Assembly: GCF_006345805.1 (NCBI RefSeq)
Contig: NW_021834580.1
Location: 1 to 64,000 of the forward strand
Direction of reading: 5' to 3'
Source of the DNA: Octopus sinensis
Lineage: Eukaryota
Length of the DNA stretch: 64,000 nt
Positions 24,189 through 37,404 of this stretch are shown one piece after another. The notes below the pieces were generated by a model. The model saw only the letters and a program-made list of their open reading frames with translations, did not search any database and was not told the origin of the DNA. How positions within the stretch are numbered: the first letter of the stretch is position 1; each line of letters begins with the position of its first letter. Made by a program: the position numbers and the translations under genes.

Positions 24189-24433
24189 AAGGTTCTTTCA
24201 CTCCCAGTGGTTCACATGCTAATTAACCTATTACTGGGACTCTTAAAGGTACTACTACTTCGAGTCAGAGTAGATATGGGATCAATATTGGCAAGAGATA
24301 GTTCCACACTCTTCAAAACCCTGGAAAACCGTAACAAGAGCCCAATACATACATACGTATATATACATAAATATACATAGATACGTATATGCATCCAAAT
24401 GCAAACATATATATATAGATATATACATAGCAT

Positions 24434-24909
24434 ACTTTTGCTCTTTACTCTTTTACTCTTTTACTTGTTGACTGTGGTCATGCTGGAGCACCGCCTTTAG
24501 TCGAGAAAAGTCGACCCCACGACTTATTCTTTGTAAGCCTAGTACTTATGCTATCGGGGTCTTTTGCCGAACCGCTAAGTTACGGGGACGTGTACACACC
24601 AGCATCGGTTGTCAAGCGATGTTGGGGGGACAAACACAGACACACACACATATACACACACATACACACACACACACGCATATATATATATATATATATA
24701 TAATATATATATATATATCTATATATATATATATATACATATATACGACGGGCTTCTTTCAGTTTCCGTCTACCAAATCCACTCACAAGGTTTTCGGTCG
24801 GCCCGAGGCCATAGTAGAAGACACTTGCTCAAGGTGCCACGCAGTGAGACTGAACCCGAAATCATGTAGTTGATAAGCAAGCTACTTACCACACAGCCAC
24901 TCCTACGCT
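24434..24909 (-). mobile_element. SINE family A
   Basis: Match to family A. Confidence 0.9.
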
Positions 24910-25140
24910 TACATGCAAACGGACATACAAATATAGCAACATACATACATTCATATATACATGCATGCATATACAGTAGAACTCCTCTAATTTTAACGTG
25001 CGCTATGTTCAAGTTAGAGGAAGGTGTTCAAATTACGAGAAGAAAATGCATAAGGGTGTTAAAATATTTCCTCTTACATTTCCAGGCACCCCCGCTAGTA
25101 TTTAATGTATATATTAAGGTGAGTACATAATATATTTTAA

Positions 25141-25510
25141 AGGCGCAGGAGTGGCTGTGTGGTAAGCAGCTTGTTTACCAACCACATGGCTCCGGGTTAA
25201 GTCCCACTGCGTGGCACCTTGGGCAAGTGTCTTCTACTATAGCCTCGGGCCGACCAAAGCCTTGTGAGTGGATTTGGTAGACGGAAACTGAAAGCAGCCT
25301 GTCGTATGTATATATATATGTATGTGTGTTTGTGTGTCTGTGTTTGTCCCCCTAGCATTGCTTGACAACCGATGCTGGTGTGTTTATGCCCCCGTTACTT
25401 AGCGGTTCGTCAAAAAGAGACCGATAGAATATGTACTGGGCTTACAAAAGAACAAGTCCCGGGGTCGAGTTGCTCGATTAAAGGTGGTGCTCCAGTATGA
25501 CCGCAGTCCA
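25141..25510 (+). mobile_element. SINE family A inside Tigger
   Basis: Match to family A. Confidence 0.88.
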
Positions 25511-25844
25511 TAATTTTATTCATTCATTGAATGAGTTCTTCACTTTCGTTTCTGTCTTCAATTATGGAACTCACGGGGGCTGCCATGAAACTCCACTATA
25601 TCCTGATGCTGTAGTCTCTTTATGATAATATCCTTTCGAAGTGACATTCTTTGCAAAACATAGTTGTCACTAAAGCAAGGATTTCTTTCTAGAAATTTTA
25701 TCACTATCTCCATTGACTTTTCTGCATTATCCCATAACATTTCCCCATTAGAGTGTTCTTGGCCATTTACATTAGACTCACTCGAATGGGAACTGTCGCT
25801 GTCGCTAATTTCAGGACCATTATTTTCTTCAGGATATTGTTCAA

Positions 25845-26051
25845 CTGGCAGAAACGTTAGCACGCCGGGCGAAATGCGTAGCCGTATTTCGTCTGCCGTT
25901 ACGTTCTGGGTTCAAATTCCGCCGAGGTCGACTTTGCCTTTCATCCTTTCATGGTCGATAAATTAAGTACCAGTTACGCACTGGAGTCGATATAATCGAC
26001 TTAATCCACTTTGTCCTTGTGTTTAGCCCCTTGTGGGTAGTAAAGAAATAT
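25845..26051 (+). mobile_element. SINE family B inside Tigger
   Basis: Match to family B. Confidence 0.88.
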
Positions 26052-26232
26052 ATTGTTCAGTGGTTTCTTCATTTTGTCGCATCCCCATTTCAACTTCATT
26101 TGCATCAAGTGATTGAAGAACGGTGTTTGGTTGGAAATCGTGTAGTTTCAAGAATATTTTGTACTCCAGATTCATTCTCTGCTTCTTTCACTTCAGGAGC
26201 ACTGGACGCTGGGTATAATTTTCCCCAGCTGA

Positions 26233-26404
26233 GGAATTACAACCGTGTTTCGTGGTCTGCTACCACAACAGCTCCTTTACAGGATCCAGTTAGCTCAAGA
26301 CATCATCAGGAGGAACCACGTCCGGTTTCGGCCCCTACTCCTCTACCGTTTTGACGTGGTGGTGCCCCCCCTTTCGGAGGTGTCTTCAGCTCTGGTGTTG
26401 GGTG
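26233..26404 (-). mobile_element. about 170-bp structured repeat with two CTGANGA..GAAAC motifs
   Basis: Homologous to 44780-44925; interrupts the Tigger reading frame. Confidence 0.6.
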
Positions 26405-27012
26405 TGGCTCGAACCTACTTCTTTGCACTTGCGAGGAAAAAAAAAAGCGACATCTTTGATAGTAAATAGCGCTGGAAATTGCCTGTACTAACATTGTTAT
26501 TTATCATATTGATCATGAAATCATTTCTGTAGAAACATTTTAAGTTCCAATTAATCCCTTGGTCCCATAGGTTGTATGAGAGATGTCACATTCGGTGGTA
26601 AGTAGCACACAAAAACATTCCCGCACGATGACTCACATTTTGTCTCGTGGGGATGTGCTCTACAATTGTCTAATAGCAGTAGGCACTTTGAATCAGATTT
26701 ACCTGATTCGTGAGAGCGCTTTTTGCACAGCTGGCACAAATACTTTTATGAACAAATGCTGATACATCAATTTTTTTTTTTGAGGGGGGGGTGATGAATG
26801 ATATGATACAGGTAAAGGTGAAACTCCTTTCAATGCTCGGAGACACTTAGATTTACCAATGACAAAAAGCTTAAGTTTATGAGTTCCAGAAGCATTAGCA
26901 CATACCATCACTGTAAGTCTCTTTTTATTTAATTTGAATCCTTTATTTTCTGCTCGTCTGATCCAGCTAAAGTTTTTGTGAGTAAGCACTTCCAATTTAT
27001 ATCAGTTTCATC

Positions 27013-27428
27013 AGGCGCAGGAGTGGCTGTGTGGTAAGTAGCTTGCTAACCAACTACATGGTTCCGGGTTCAGTCCCACTGCGTGGCATCTTGGGCAAGT
27101 GTCTTCTACTAAAGCCCCGGGCCGACCAATACCTTGTGAGTGGATTTGGTAGACGGAAACTGAAAGAAGCCTGTCGTATATATGTATATATATATATATA
27201 TATGTATGTATGTGTGTGTATGTGTTTGTGTGTTTGTCCCCCTAACATTGCTTGACAACCGATGCTGGTGTGTTTACGTCCCCGTCACTTAGCGGTTCGG
27301 CAAAAGAGACCGATAGAATAAGTACTGGGCTTACAAAGAATAAGTCCCGGGGTCGATTTGCTCGACTAAAGGCGGTGCTCTAGCATGGCCGCAGTCAAAT
27401 GACTGAAGCAAGTAAAAGAGTAAAGAGT
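27013..27428 (+). mobile_element. SINE family A inside Tigger
   Basis: Full-length match. Confidence 0.92.
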
Positions 27429-28034
27429 ATTATAAATATTATCTGGTGTTAAAGCATAGTCCTCAATTATTTAAAAAAAATTTTTTCACAATAAGTTGAC
27501 GCTGGTAGCGTATCAGCTGAACGTTGTTCGCCTGAAATTGTTAATTGCCGTATGCTAAGTCTACTCTTAAAACTCCTAAGCCAGCCTTGGCTGAATTTCA
27601 TATCTCTTGTGATATTCAACTCTTTCTTAAGAGACTCTGCTTTAGTAATTAACAAAGTGTCCCGATAGTGCTACACCTTCATTTCGCTTCGATAAAAACC
27701 ATCCATGTAATATTTTATCGAATTCAACTTGCTTTGGTCCATGAAGGGTCTTTCTTCTTTTATTCTCAGAGAGAGGAGCAGCATTCAATATCTCCTACCT
27801 GTTCTTTTTTTTATATAGAACAGTATGCTCCTTCCAATCTTATAATCTTTCACTATATCACTATTTGCAAGTCCTGTATCTAATGTTTCTAGAATTTAAC
27901 GTTTCTCGAGTAATGTTAGTGTAACTTGTTTTCTTTTGATGGGGGTTGCTTTACACTATTTTCAATACAATACAATTAGGCAGTCTGAAAGGAAATAGAA
28001 TATACAGTCGGTGGGAATTATCGTTAATCTACAT

Positions 28035-28253
28035 CAGTGGTTTTCAACCAGGGTTCCGCGGAACCTTAGGGTTCCGCCAATACAGTCCAGGGGTTCCGCA
28101 AGAAGTTACAAAACTGCTAAAATCGGCAGTAATTTTTAATTCTCCTGTGCAGATATGTGTGCATAAGGCTATTAAATTATTGCACAGGGGTTCCTCGAGC
28201 CAGTGGAAAGTTTCCTTAGGGTTCCGCTCCAGCAAAACGTTTGAAAAGCACTG
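28035..28253. mobile_element. hAT-type MITE
   Basis: TIRs CAGTGGTTTTCAA / TTGAAAAGCACTG; perfect 8-bp TSD ATCTACAT at 28027-28034 and 28254-28261. Confidence 0.9.
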
Positions 28254-28444
28254 ATCTACATCAATTACACAATACCTAGATTAGTATTTCAGTACAATAC
28301 CTGACTAAGACTATTTAAATTGTCTCACTGCAACTCTGCACCGAATATAAAAAATTAATTTGAGTTATGAAAAAGTCCAAGTTTAAAGGAAGTCCAAGAT
28401 TAGAGGAAGTCCAAATTAGAGGGGTTCTATATAGGCATACAGTC

Positions 28445-28981
28445 ATAAATACATACATACATACGTATAGACAATACATGCATGCATGCATACATACACA
28501 CATACATATATACTTACACACACACGCACACGCACGTGCACACACATACGCACACACGCGCGCGCACACACACGAATGCATACATACATACATACCATAC
28601 ATACATACATACATACATACGTACGTACGTACGCACGTACATACATACATACATACGTACGTACGTACGCACGTACATACATACATACGTACGTACGTAC
28701 GTACGTAAGCATATACATACATACATACATACATACATACATACATACATACATACATACATACATGCATGCATGCATGCATGCATACATACATACATAC
28801 ATGCATACATACATACATACATACATACATGCATGCATACATACATACATACATGCATACATATATACATACATACATACGTACGTACGTATGCATATAC
28901 ATACATAACATTACATTACATGACATGTATACATAATACATAATTACAATACATGCATACATACATACATACATACATACA

Positions 28982-29010
<29 letters not shown>
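28445..29010. repeat. (CATA)n/(TACG)n/(CATG)n compound microsatellite
   Basis: Direct reading. Confidence 0.95.
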
Positions 29011-29012
<2 letters not shown>

Positions 29013-29349
29013 GGTATTGTCTGTGCATGCGTGCAGACAATACTGGCATACATACAATTTTGGTTTCGGTCCAGTTCTTAATTAGAATATTTCTTTGAAG
29101 GTCACATTTGTTCCCCTTCTCTCTTACTTCTCTCTTCGCTCACAATATTTTCTCTGGGCAAAGAAATTGGCCGACATATTTCATTCCAAGAGAGATCAAT
29201 GAAAACAGGCGACAACGAAATGAAATAACTTGGGCAGCCTGTAAACATCAAACAGAAAACTTCCTCGAATTTCAACTTCTTCCCCAATTTCTCATACTAA
29301 ACTCTTACTTTCTCTCTCACACACAAACACACGCATATGCGCGCGCATA

Positions 29350-29384
<35 letters not shown>

Positions 29385-29486
29385 TCACTCACTAACTCAC
29401 TCACTCACTGTACCATTATACATATGCACGTCTGTGTGTGCATATATATTCAAATGCTGTGTTACAAGCAGTTCAATAATGTAATC

Positions 29487-29691
29487 GTGGCTGTGTGGTA
29501 AGTTACTTGTTTACCAACCACATGGTTCCGGGTTCAGTCCCACTGCGTGGCACCTTGGGCAAGTGTCTTCTACTATAGCCTCGGGGTCGACCAAAGCCTT
29601 GTGAGTGGATTTGGTAGACGGAAACTGAAAGAAGCCCGTCGTATATATGTATATATATTATATATATATTATATATATTATATATATATAT

Positions 29692-29726
<35 letters not shown>

Positions 29727-29755
29727 CGTGTGTGTTTGTGTATCTGTGTTTGTCC
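29487..29755 (+). mobile_element. SINE family A, 3' truncated
   Basis: Head and core match. Confidence 0.85.
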
Positions 29756-29873
29756 TCATGCAGCAGTTGTACAGCGTTTCATAGACTCCAGATTAACGCT
29801 AATTGCGGGTTCCGAATAGGTGTTGGGTTGGTAACTAAGTTCCCTCGTTTTTTTTTATTAAAATTATTTTTAA

Positions 29874-30084
29874 ATACTCTTTTACTCTTTTACTTGTTTC
29901 AGTCATTTGACTGCGGCCATGCTGGAGCACCACCTTTAATCGAGCAACTCGACTCGGGACTTATTCTTTGTAAGCCCAGTACTTATTCTATCGGTCTCTT
30001 TTGCCGAACCGCTAAGTGATGGGGACATCAACACACCAGCATCGGTTGTCAAGCAATGTTGGAGGGACAAACACAGACACACAA

Positions 30085-30115
<31 letters not shown>

Positions 30116-30281
30116 CATATATACGACATGCTTCTTTCAGTTTCCGTCTACCAAATCCACTCACAAGGCATTGGTCGGCCCGGGGCTATAGCAGAAGACA
30201 CTTGCCCAAGATGCCACGCAGTGGGACTGAATCCGGAACCATGTGGTTGGTTAGCAAGCTACTTACCACACAGCCACTCCT
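29874..30281 (-). mobile_element. SINE family A
   Basis: Match to family A. Confidence 0.9.
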
Positions 30282-30299
30282 AAAAAATAACAATTAATT

Positions 30300-31760
30300 A
30301 ATCAATAATGTATTTACAACTTCTTCCCAACATTCAACAAGATTTTCTAATACCTCGTTGGAAGAAATCACCCGATTTCGACTCGAAAAATTGATCCAAC
30401 CAACCTCTCAATTCTGCATCAGTATTGAACGAATCTCCGCGCGTAACATTTGAAAGAGATGAAAGAGGTGGAAATCCGTTGGTGCCAAATCAGGAGAGTA
30501 CGGTGGAAGTGGCAGCACTTCCCAGCCATGCGTTTGAATGGCTTCCTTGGTTATATTGGTGATATGAAGGCGGGCGTTGTCGTGCAGCAGAATAACTCTA
30601 TGCTGGCCGATTAAGTCTTTTGTCTTGAATAGCCGAGTTGAGTCGTTCCATCTGTTGAACATAGAGTTCCGCGTTTACCGTTTGGTTCCGTTCAAGCAAT
30701 TCGTAATGGATATGATGGAAGCACTCCGTCGGTTACGACGACGAGGGTTCCGGTTGATCCGAATCAACGGAACAGCCTGCTCGTGAAATTAACGTGTAAG
30801 TGGCTGAGCACTCCACAGACACGTGTACCCTTAACGTAGTTCTCGGGGATATTCAGCGTGACACAGAGAGTGACAAGGCCAGCCCTTTGAAATACAGGTA
30901 CAACAGAAACAGGAAGTAAGAGTGAGAGAAAGTTGTGGTTAAAGAGTACAGCAGGGATCACCACCACCCCCTGCCGGAGCCTCGTGGAGCTTTAGGTGTT
31001 TTCGCTCAATAAACACTCACAACGCCCGGTCTGGGAATCGAAACCGCGATCCTATGACCGCGAGTCCGCTGCCCTAACCACTGGGCCATTGCGCCTCCTC
31101 GTAATGGATAATCCCTTCCCAGTCTCACCATACGCACAGCATCGTTTTATGCAGATGAAGATCTTGTTTCACGCGCGGTGTCGCTTGTTTACTGGGGCTA
31201 AGCCATTCCTTACGCTGCTTCATATTGATATACAGGCACCATTTTTCGTCGTTAGTAACGATTCGGTAAAGAAATCGTTGCTTGTGTCCATGAGTTGAGC
31301 GGTGACGGGCAAGCAGACCAGCGGAGATTGTGGCTCGTTGATTTTTGTTGTTGTCACTTAAAGTATGCTGAACCCATATTCCATACTTCTGAACCTTTCC
31401 CATCGAATGAAGATGCTTCTCTATAGCAGTGTGGGAGCATTCCATTTTCTCTGCCAGATCGCTTGTCATTTGACGGGAATTTTCGTGCAAAAGTTGGTTT
31501 AATCGCTATTCATCGAAGTCAACTGTACATCCAGAACGAGGTGCGTCTTTGAGGTCAAAATTTCCATTTTTGAACTTGGCATACCAATCACGAGCGGATC
31601 TTTCAGTTATGTCACCCTCTCCATACACAGCATAAATGTCGCAAGCAGCTTTTGCGGCCTTAGAATCTTGATTAGAAGCAAAAAGGTGTCGAAAATGCTC
31701 GTTTTTCTTAACTTGACATTCCATTTTAATGATCTGAAAATATACAAAAATTAACTAAAA
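30300..31760 (-). mobile_element. mariner transposon relic, disrupted, split by SINE C
   Basis: WVQHTL (WVPHEL-like), RIVTNDEKW, LLHDNAR, PPYSPDLAPTDFHLF. Confidence 0.92.
30716..31098 (-). mobile_element. SINE family C inside mariner
   Basis: TSD TCGTAATGGATA at about 30701 and 31099. Confidence 0.92.
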
Positions 31761-31844
31761 TTAACTAGAAACAAAAAACAAAGTAGATTCCAAAATGATT
31801 CAAAAATAGAATTCTCGAAAAAAACAGATTCCAAAATTTAAAAA

Positions 31845-31898
<54 letters not shown>

Positions 31899-31901
<3 letters not shown>

Positions 31902-31998
31902 CGTGTGTTTATTTGGCAATAAATAAATAAATAAAATGACCATCCCGAAATACAGCAATATCTGTTTCAACACACGATTTCCCATCAGGAATCTTGCG
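31899..31998 (+). repeat. fragment of the repeat family seen at 49690-50202
   Basis: GTGCGTGTGTTTATTTGG..ACCATCCCGAAATACAGCAATATCTGTTTCAACACAC..CATCAGGAATCTTGC. Confidence 0.7.
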
Positions 31999-32014
31999 AA
32001 ACGAATTGATAAAC

Positions 32015-32062
<48 letters not shown>

Positions 32063-32452
32063 AGATAAGAAAATGGAGAAATACATCTATTTTCTTATCT
32101 TGTATTAGTAATTTGTGGTAAATCATTTTACCTTTGCCCATATAATACAGTAAATGAATTGATTGCATCGCAATCATTAACATTTATGTATTAACTTTGT
32201 TGGGTACTTCCCTAGCAGTATATTGGATATATGTTATCCCATGGAGGGTTGCATTTACAACCCCTATCTCAATTTGTATATATATATATATGCATTTGTT
32301 ATTTTTTATAATTTACAGGTGATAATCGTTGCGCTACGGCCATGATGTGCTCTCCCTTGTAAAGGTTTAGAATTTATCGACCCAAATACTGTGTTATTAG
32401 CTATGAAATATTCTCTTATATAAGCGCTTATATAAACACACTTACTTAGACG

Positions 32453-32803
32453 GTAGTAGACGAAATTCGTCTGCCATGGTTAAGTGGCTATGTGACTAGA
32501 TTTCTCAAGGCAAATAACAATATTCTATAACATACTGTTCTAACAAGGCAACCATGCTAGGCTGAATATGAAGATTGCTTTTTTTATATCAGTACTGCTT
32601 CCGTAGCTAATAACTAATTTCTAATAAGCCCGTTGGCTCTTTGTGGCATCGATATCTGGAAATACGCTGATATTCTGTAGATCGTAGCAGCGAGAGTTGA
32701 CTGGCATCCAGTGACCGATGCTTCCCACTGATGTGTTCCAACAGACCGGAATCGGGTGATACAGGCATTCTGGCATTTATAACAGACGAATTTTGTCTAC
32801 TAC
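32453..32803. mobile_element. possible old MITE
   Basis: 21-bp inverted repeat with 1 mismatch (32453-32473 / 32783-32803), internally palindromic AGACGAAATTCGTCT; no clear TSD. Confidence 0.45.
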
Positions 32804-32984
32804 GACCTATGAGTGTACTTTTATGCACCAATCGCCTACATGAGAGCATCTCTCAAAGCTAAAAACGCAGTGTTCGGTGTTCTAACAAGGCATCCATGTT
32901 AAATTAACTATAAAGATTACCTTTTCGTATTACTATGGCTTTCGTCGGTAATAATTAGCATGTGCCTATGTATATGTATATATA

Positions 32985-32999
<15 letters not shown>

Positions 33000-33025
<26 letters not shown>

Positions 33026-33345
33026 TGTGCGTGTGTGTGTGTGTGTGTGGAGGCGCAATGGTCCAGTGGTTAGGGAAGCAAACTCGCGGTTGTAGGATCG
33101 CGGTTTCGATTCCCAGACCGGGCGTTGTGAGTGTTTATTTGAGCAAAAGCACCTAAAGCTCCACGCGGCTCCGGCAGGGGGTGGTGATCCCTGCTGTACT
33201 CTTTCACCACTCTTTCTCTCCCTCTTTCTTCTGTTGGCCTGCTCGCTTAGCCAGCGGGGTGGCGTCATTTTAAGGCTAAAGCTATGCGAAGCGCATTGTG
33301 ACCAGCGATGTGTAGCAACATCTGATAGCCTGGTCGGTCACGGTG

Positions 33346-33401
<56 letters not shown>

Positions 33402-33874
33402 CATAATTGTGATAATACACCGCACAGTTAAAGAAGTACATTATAAGCAGTATATGTATTTGTGTATTGTGTGCACGTGCGCGCATTTCTGTGGTGTTTG
33501 TGTGCTTGTGTTTGTGTTGTGTGTGTGTGTGTGTGGTGTGTGTGTTGTGTGTGTGTGTGTGTGTGCGTGTGTGTGTGTGTGTGTGGAGGCGCAATGGTCC
33601 AGTGGTTGGGAAGCAAACTCGCCGTTGTAGGATCGCGGTTTCGATTCCCAGACCGGCCGTTGTGAGTGTTTATTTGAGCAAAAGCACCTAAAGCTCCACG
33701 CGGCTCCGGCAGGGGGTGGTGATCCCTGCTGTACTCTTTCACCACTCTTTCTCTCCCTCTTTCTTCTGTTGGCCTGCTCGCTTAGCCAGCGGGGTGGCGT
33801 CATTTTAAGGCTAACTATCGAAGCGCATTGTGACCAGCGATGTGTAGCAACATCTGATATACTGGTCGGTCACG

Positions 33875-33938
<64 letters not shown>

Positions 33939-34046
33939 CATAATTGTGATAATACACCACGCACAGTTAAAGAAGTACATTATAAGCAGTATATGTATTT
34001 GTGTATTGTGTGCACGTGCGCGCATTTCTGTGTGTGTTTGTGTGCT

Positions 34047-34079
<33 letters not shown>

Positions 34080-34100
34080 TGTGTGTTGTGTGTGTGTGTG
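33000..34100 (+). repeat. tandem duplication of ~540-bp unit containing SINE C variant (33047-33347, 33582-33878)
   Basis: Two near-identical units: (GT)n, C head/core with alternative tail, (TA)n, unique ~100 bp. Confidence 0.88.
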
Positions 34101-34576
34101 GTTGTGTGCGTACGTGCATGCGTGCGTGCGTGCATACGTGCGTGCGTGCGTGTGTCTGTATCCAAAAATCCACAAGTCAATAAGATTTTGTAAGAGACCT
34201 TTGGTTTGATGTCTGAAGCAATCGTAAGATGTTTCTACAAATCAAAATTAAAGCAATATTAGAGCAGGAACCATATTTTTCAGGAAAAGTCAGGAATCTT
34301 TGAAGTGAATCAAAGGCTTTTAGAAGTTAGCATGAAGCAGCTTACTTCTTATTTCAAAAGGTCAAACTGGCTTCCATTTGATCCGCTGTATTTGGGTCTT
34401 GTTGTTTTATATTTGCTTTGCTTCTTTTCATTTTCTTTCTTTTTTTTTTTACTGTTTTTCTTTCCCTGTTTTAACTTTTTTGTATTTCTTATTCTTTGGC
34501 ATTTAGAGATTACAAAGATTACAAAATGCCTATTTTAAAAAAAAATCTTTCTTGATATTTGAAAATGAAAGAGACT

Positions 34577-34652
<76 letters not shown>

Positions 34653-35168
34653 CGGGTGATAAATATAATGTAGACATTGGAAGAAGTTTCAGAAATAAAG
34701 AACTAGCTGATAAACAGATGAGTTTGCATGGATTAAAGAAAAAACACTTTCGAGCTTGTTTAACATTAAATAGATTCTAGTTTAAGATATTCTTATTAAT
34801 GTATTTCCTTCAAATTCTGCTTTCACTATAGGTTATTCTACTTATTATTGTTCTTCGTTTACTGTTTCTACTTCTTATCAATTCTGTCTCCACATTTGTA
34901 TATCACCATCATTTATCTTCATCATCTCGTATCTTTTGTTGTTTCATCTCCTCACACTATTTTCTTAAATTGAATGTTTTCTATCCAACCAATCTGAGGC
35001 ATATTTCTTAGTTAACTGTTTTGACCCTGGACACAGCTCAATGCCATCTTTAGTAGCCTTTGTATCAGTGTGTCCCTAAAATGGGCTTCAAGAAACTCAG
35101 AGTTCTCGCTATAAAATCATGAGGCTCCAGGAGATAACGGCTCTTTTTATAAAACATTTCTCTTTCTT

Positions 35169-35227
<59 letters not shown>

Positions 35228-35334
35228 CTGTCTCTTTATTTCTCTCTCTCTCACTGACTCTTTCTCTTTTTGTGAAGTTAATTTAATTTAATGCTATACT
35301 ATGCTTAACAGACCCCAGATTTGTACTTACCATA

Positions 35335-35376
35335 TCGAACTGATGAGATCCAGATAGATTGAAATTGCAGCTGTAT
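35335..35376 (+). ncRNA. degenerate minimal hammerhead-like motif
   Basis: CTGATGA 35340-35346, stem II GATC/GATT, GAAA 35361-35364, palindromic TGCA; U16.1 and stem I degenerate. Confidence 0.4.
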
Positions 35377-36079
35377 ACACAATAATTAAAATGTAACTTA
35401 AAATAATCTTTTATCAAATAAACGCATAAATGTAATGTATCTCATTCCTCCACTTAACTACAAAAAATATGAAGATAATAAAATATGGAATCCTGGCAGG
35501 AATTTACTCAACTTACCAAAAGATCTAAATATATTTTATAAAATAAGGTATTTTCCATTTTCAAACTTATGTTACACTTACATACACACATACACACATA
35601 TACATACATGCATACACACATACATACATACATACATACATACATACATACATACATAATACATACATACATACATACATACATACATACATACATACAT
35701 ACATACATACATACATACATACATACATACAAAAATACCTTGTTGACGTTGTTGGAATTCCAATGAAGGAGCCTTGGATCTAGGTTAGAAACTCACTCTT
35801 TCTCTATTGGCAAGAAATCTTGAAATATAACTGAATAATGACACACACACACATACACACACACACTCACACACACAAGCATAACAGTGATTTTCCAGCA
35901 ACTGATGGTCCGGAATCTCGTTTTTATCCGGATACATTACGAACAGTAACATGAAATTTCTGTATCCACCAGTCTAGTTAACTACACGACCACAAGTAGC
36001 AGTCTGTGTACCTTGTTGTCTACATGCGTTATTCATACTGCACTTCTTAGTATCGATACACAGACCCAAGCCTTGTAAA

Positions 36080-36342
36080 AGTAAAGGTAAAGTTACCTTC
36101 TCGAATCATACCGACTCATAAGGGACGTTTTCCTGGTTTCCATGGCGTATATATTCCTCCACCCCTGGACGGGACGCCGGTCCATCGTAGGATAACTCAT
36201 TTTTGCCAGTTGAATGGACTGAAGCAACGTGAAATGGAGTGTTTTGCTCAAGAACACAACGCGTCGGCTGGTCCGGGAATCGAAACCTTAATCTTATGAT
36301 CATGAATACAACATCATAACTACTAAGCCATGCGCTTCCACG
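36080..36342 (-). mobile_element. SINE family D with (CTTTA/ACCTTT)n tail
   Basis: Homologous to 13185-13428; ends AACTTTACCTTTACTTTTAC on minus strand. Confidence 0.85.
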
Positions 36343-36589
36343 CCCAAACCTTATGAATGAAACTGGGTATACGAAAAATGAGAGGAAGCCCGTAAAATGG
36401 ATTGAAACCTGTATTTCAAAGGTTCAGCTTTTTTTGCATACTCTTTGTAACGCTGATTGTATCTGGGGTTTATGTTCATGACATCCGAGTCTGTGTGATA
36501 CTCAACCACTCACATACTCATTCAATGAGCAATTAAACCAGGTGATGAAACAGCTGAAACATCATCGAAACCGACGGAGAGCCAGCCAT

Positions 36590-37005
36590 TCATCTATACT
36601 TTCATCTATCCATCCATCCCTCCATCCATCTATCCTGCCATTCATTATCCATCCATCCTGCCATCCATCCATCTATCCTGCCATTTATCCATCTATCCTG
36701 CCATTCTTCTATCCATCCTGGTCATTCATCCATCCATCCTGGTCATTCATCCATCTATCCTGCCATCCATCCATCCATCCTGCCATCCATCCATCCATCC
36801 TGCCATTCATTATCCATCAATCCTGCCACTCATCCATCCATCCTGGTCATTCATCCATCCATCCTGGTCATTCATCCATCCATCCTGCCATTCATTATCC
36901 ATTCATCCATCCTTCCAACCATTTTTCGATCCCTACATCTATCCATCCATCCATCCATCCATCTCTCTATCCATCAATCCATCCATCCATCCATCTATCT
37001 ATATT
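36590..37005. repeat. degenerate (CATC)n array
   Basis: Direct reading. Confidence 0.9.
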
Positions 37006-37404
37006 GCCTTAGCATTCGGGCTGCATTTTTTTTTTTACATTATACTGCATGAAGGTCTTGTTCTAACATACTTTGCCTGCGCAACCTAACGCACCTCTGA
37101 CTACCTCGAGTCCATCAGAAGGTCTCGGTTTTGACTTTTGTTATTCTAAGATTGAAAATACTCAGCGTTGCGAGTGTTGAGAGTAGTTCGTTTAATAAAG
37201 TCTATTTCCGTTATATAAATGCAACTCATGAAATGTGAATATCAAAATGTTTGAGGTTAAAGAAAGCTGCGTCAGAGCATTTCCGGAGACGTGCCTAAGT
37301 CTATCGTTACACACAAATGACAATGTTTGCGCCGAAGGGATGGCGTTGCGGTAATTACAAATGAAATGTTGAATACGTTCCATAATTACCGTAACAGTTT
37401 TCTT

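Larger units (their letters stand above)
24974..28432 (-). mobile_element. Tigger/pogo DNA transposon fossil with nested insertions
   Basis: TA|CAGTAGAACTCCTCTAATTT left TIR and AAATTAGAGGGGTTCTA right TIR; CENP-B-type HTH (KFSQGWLRSFKSR) and DDE motifs ([48 protein letters not shown]). Confidence 0.9.
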
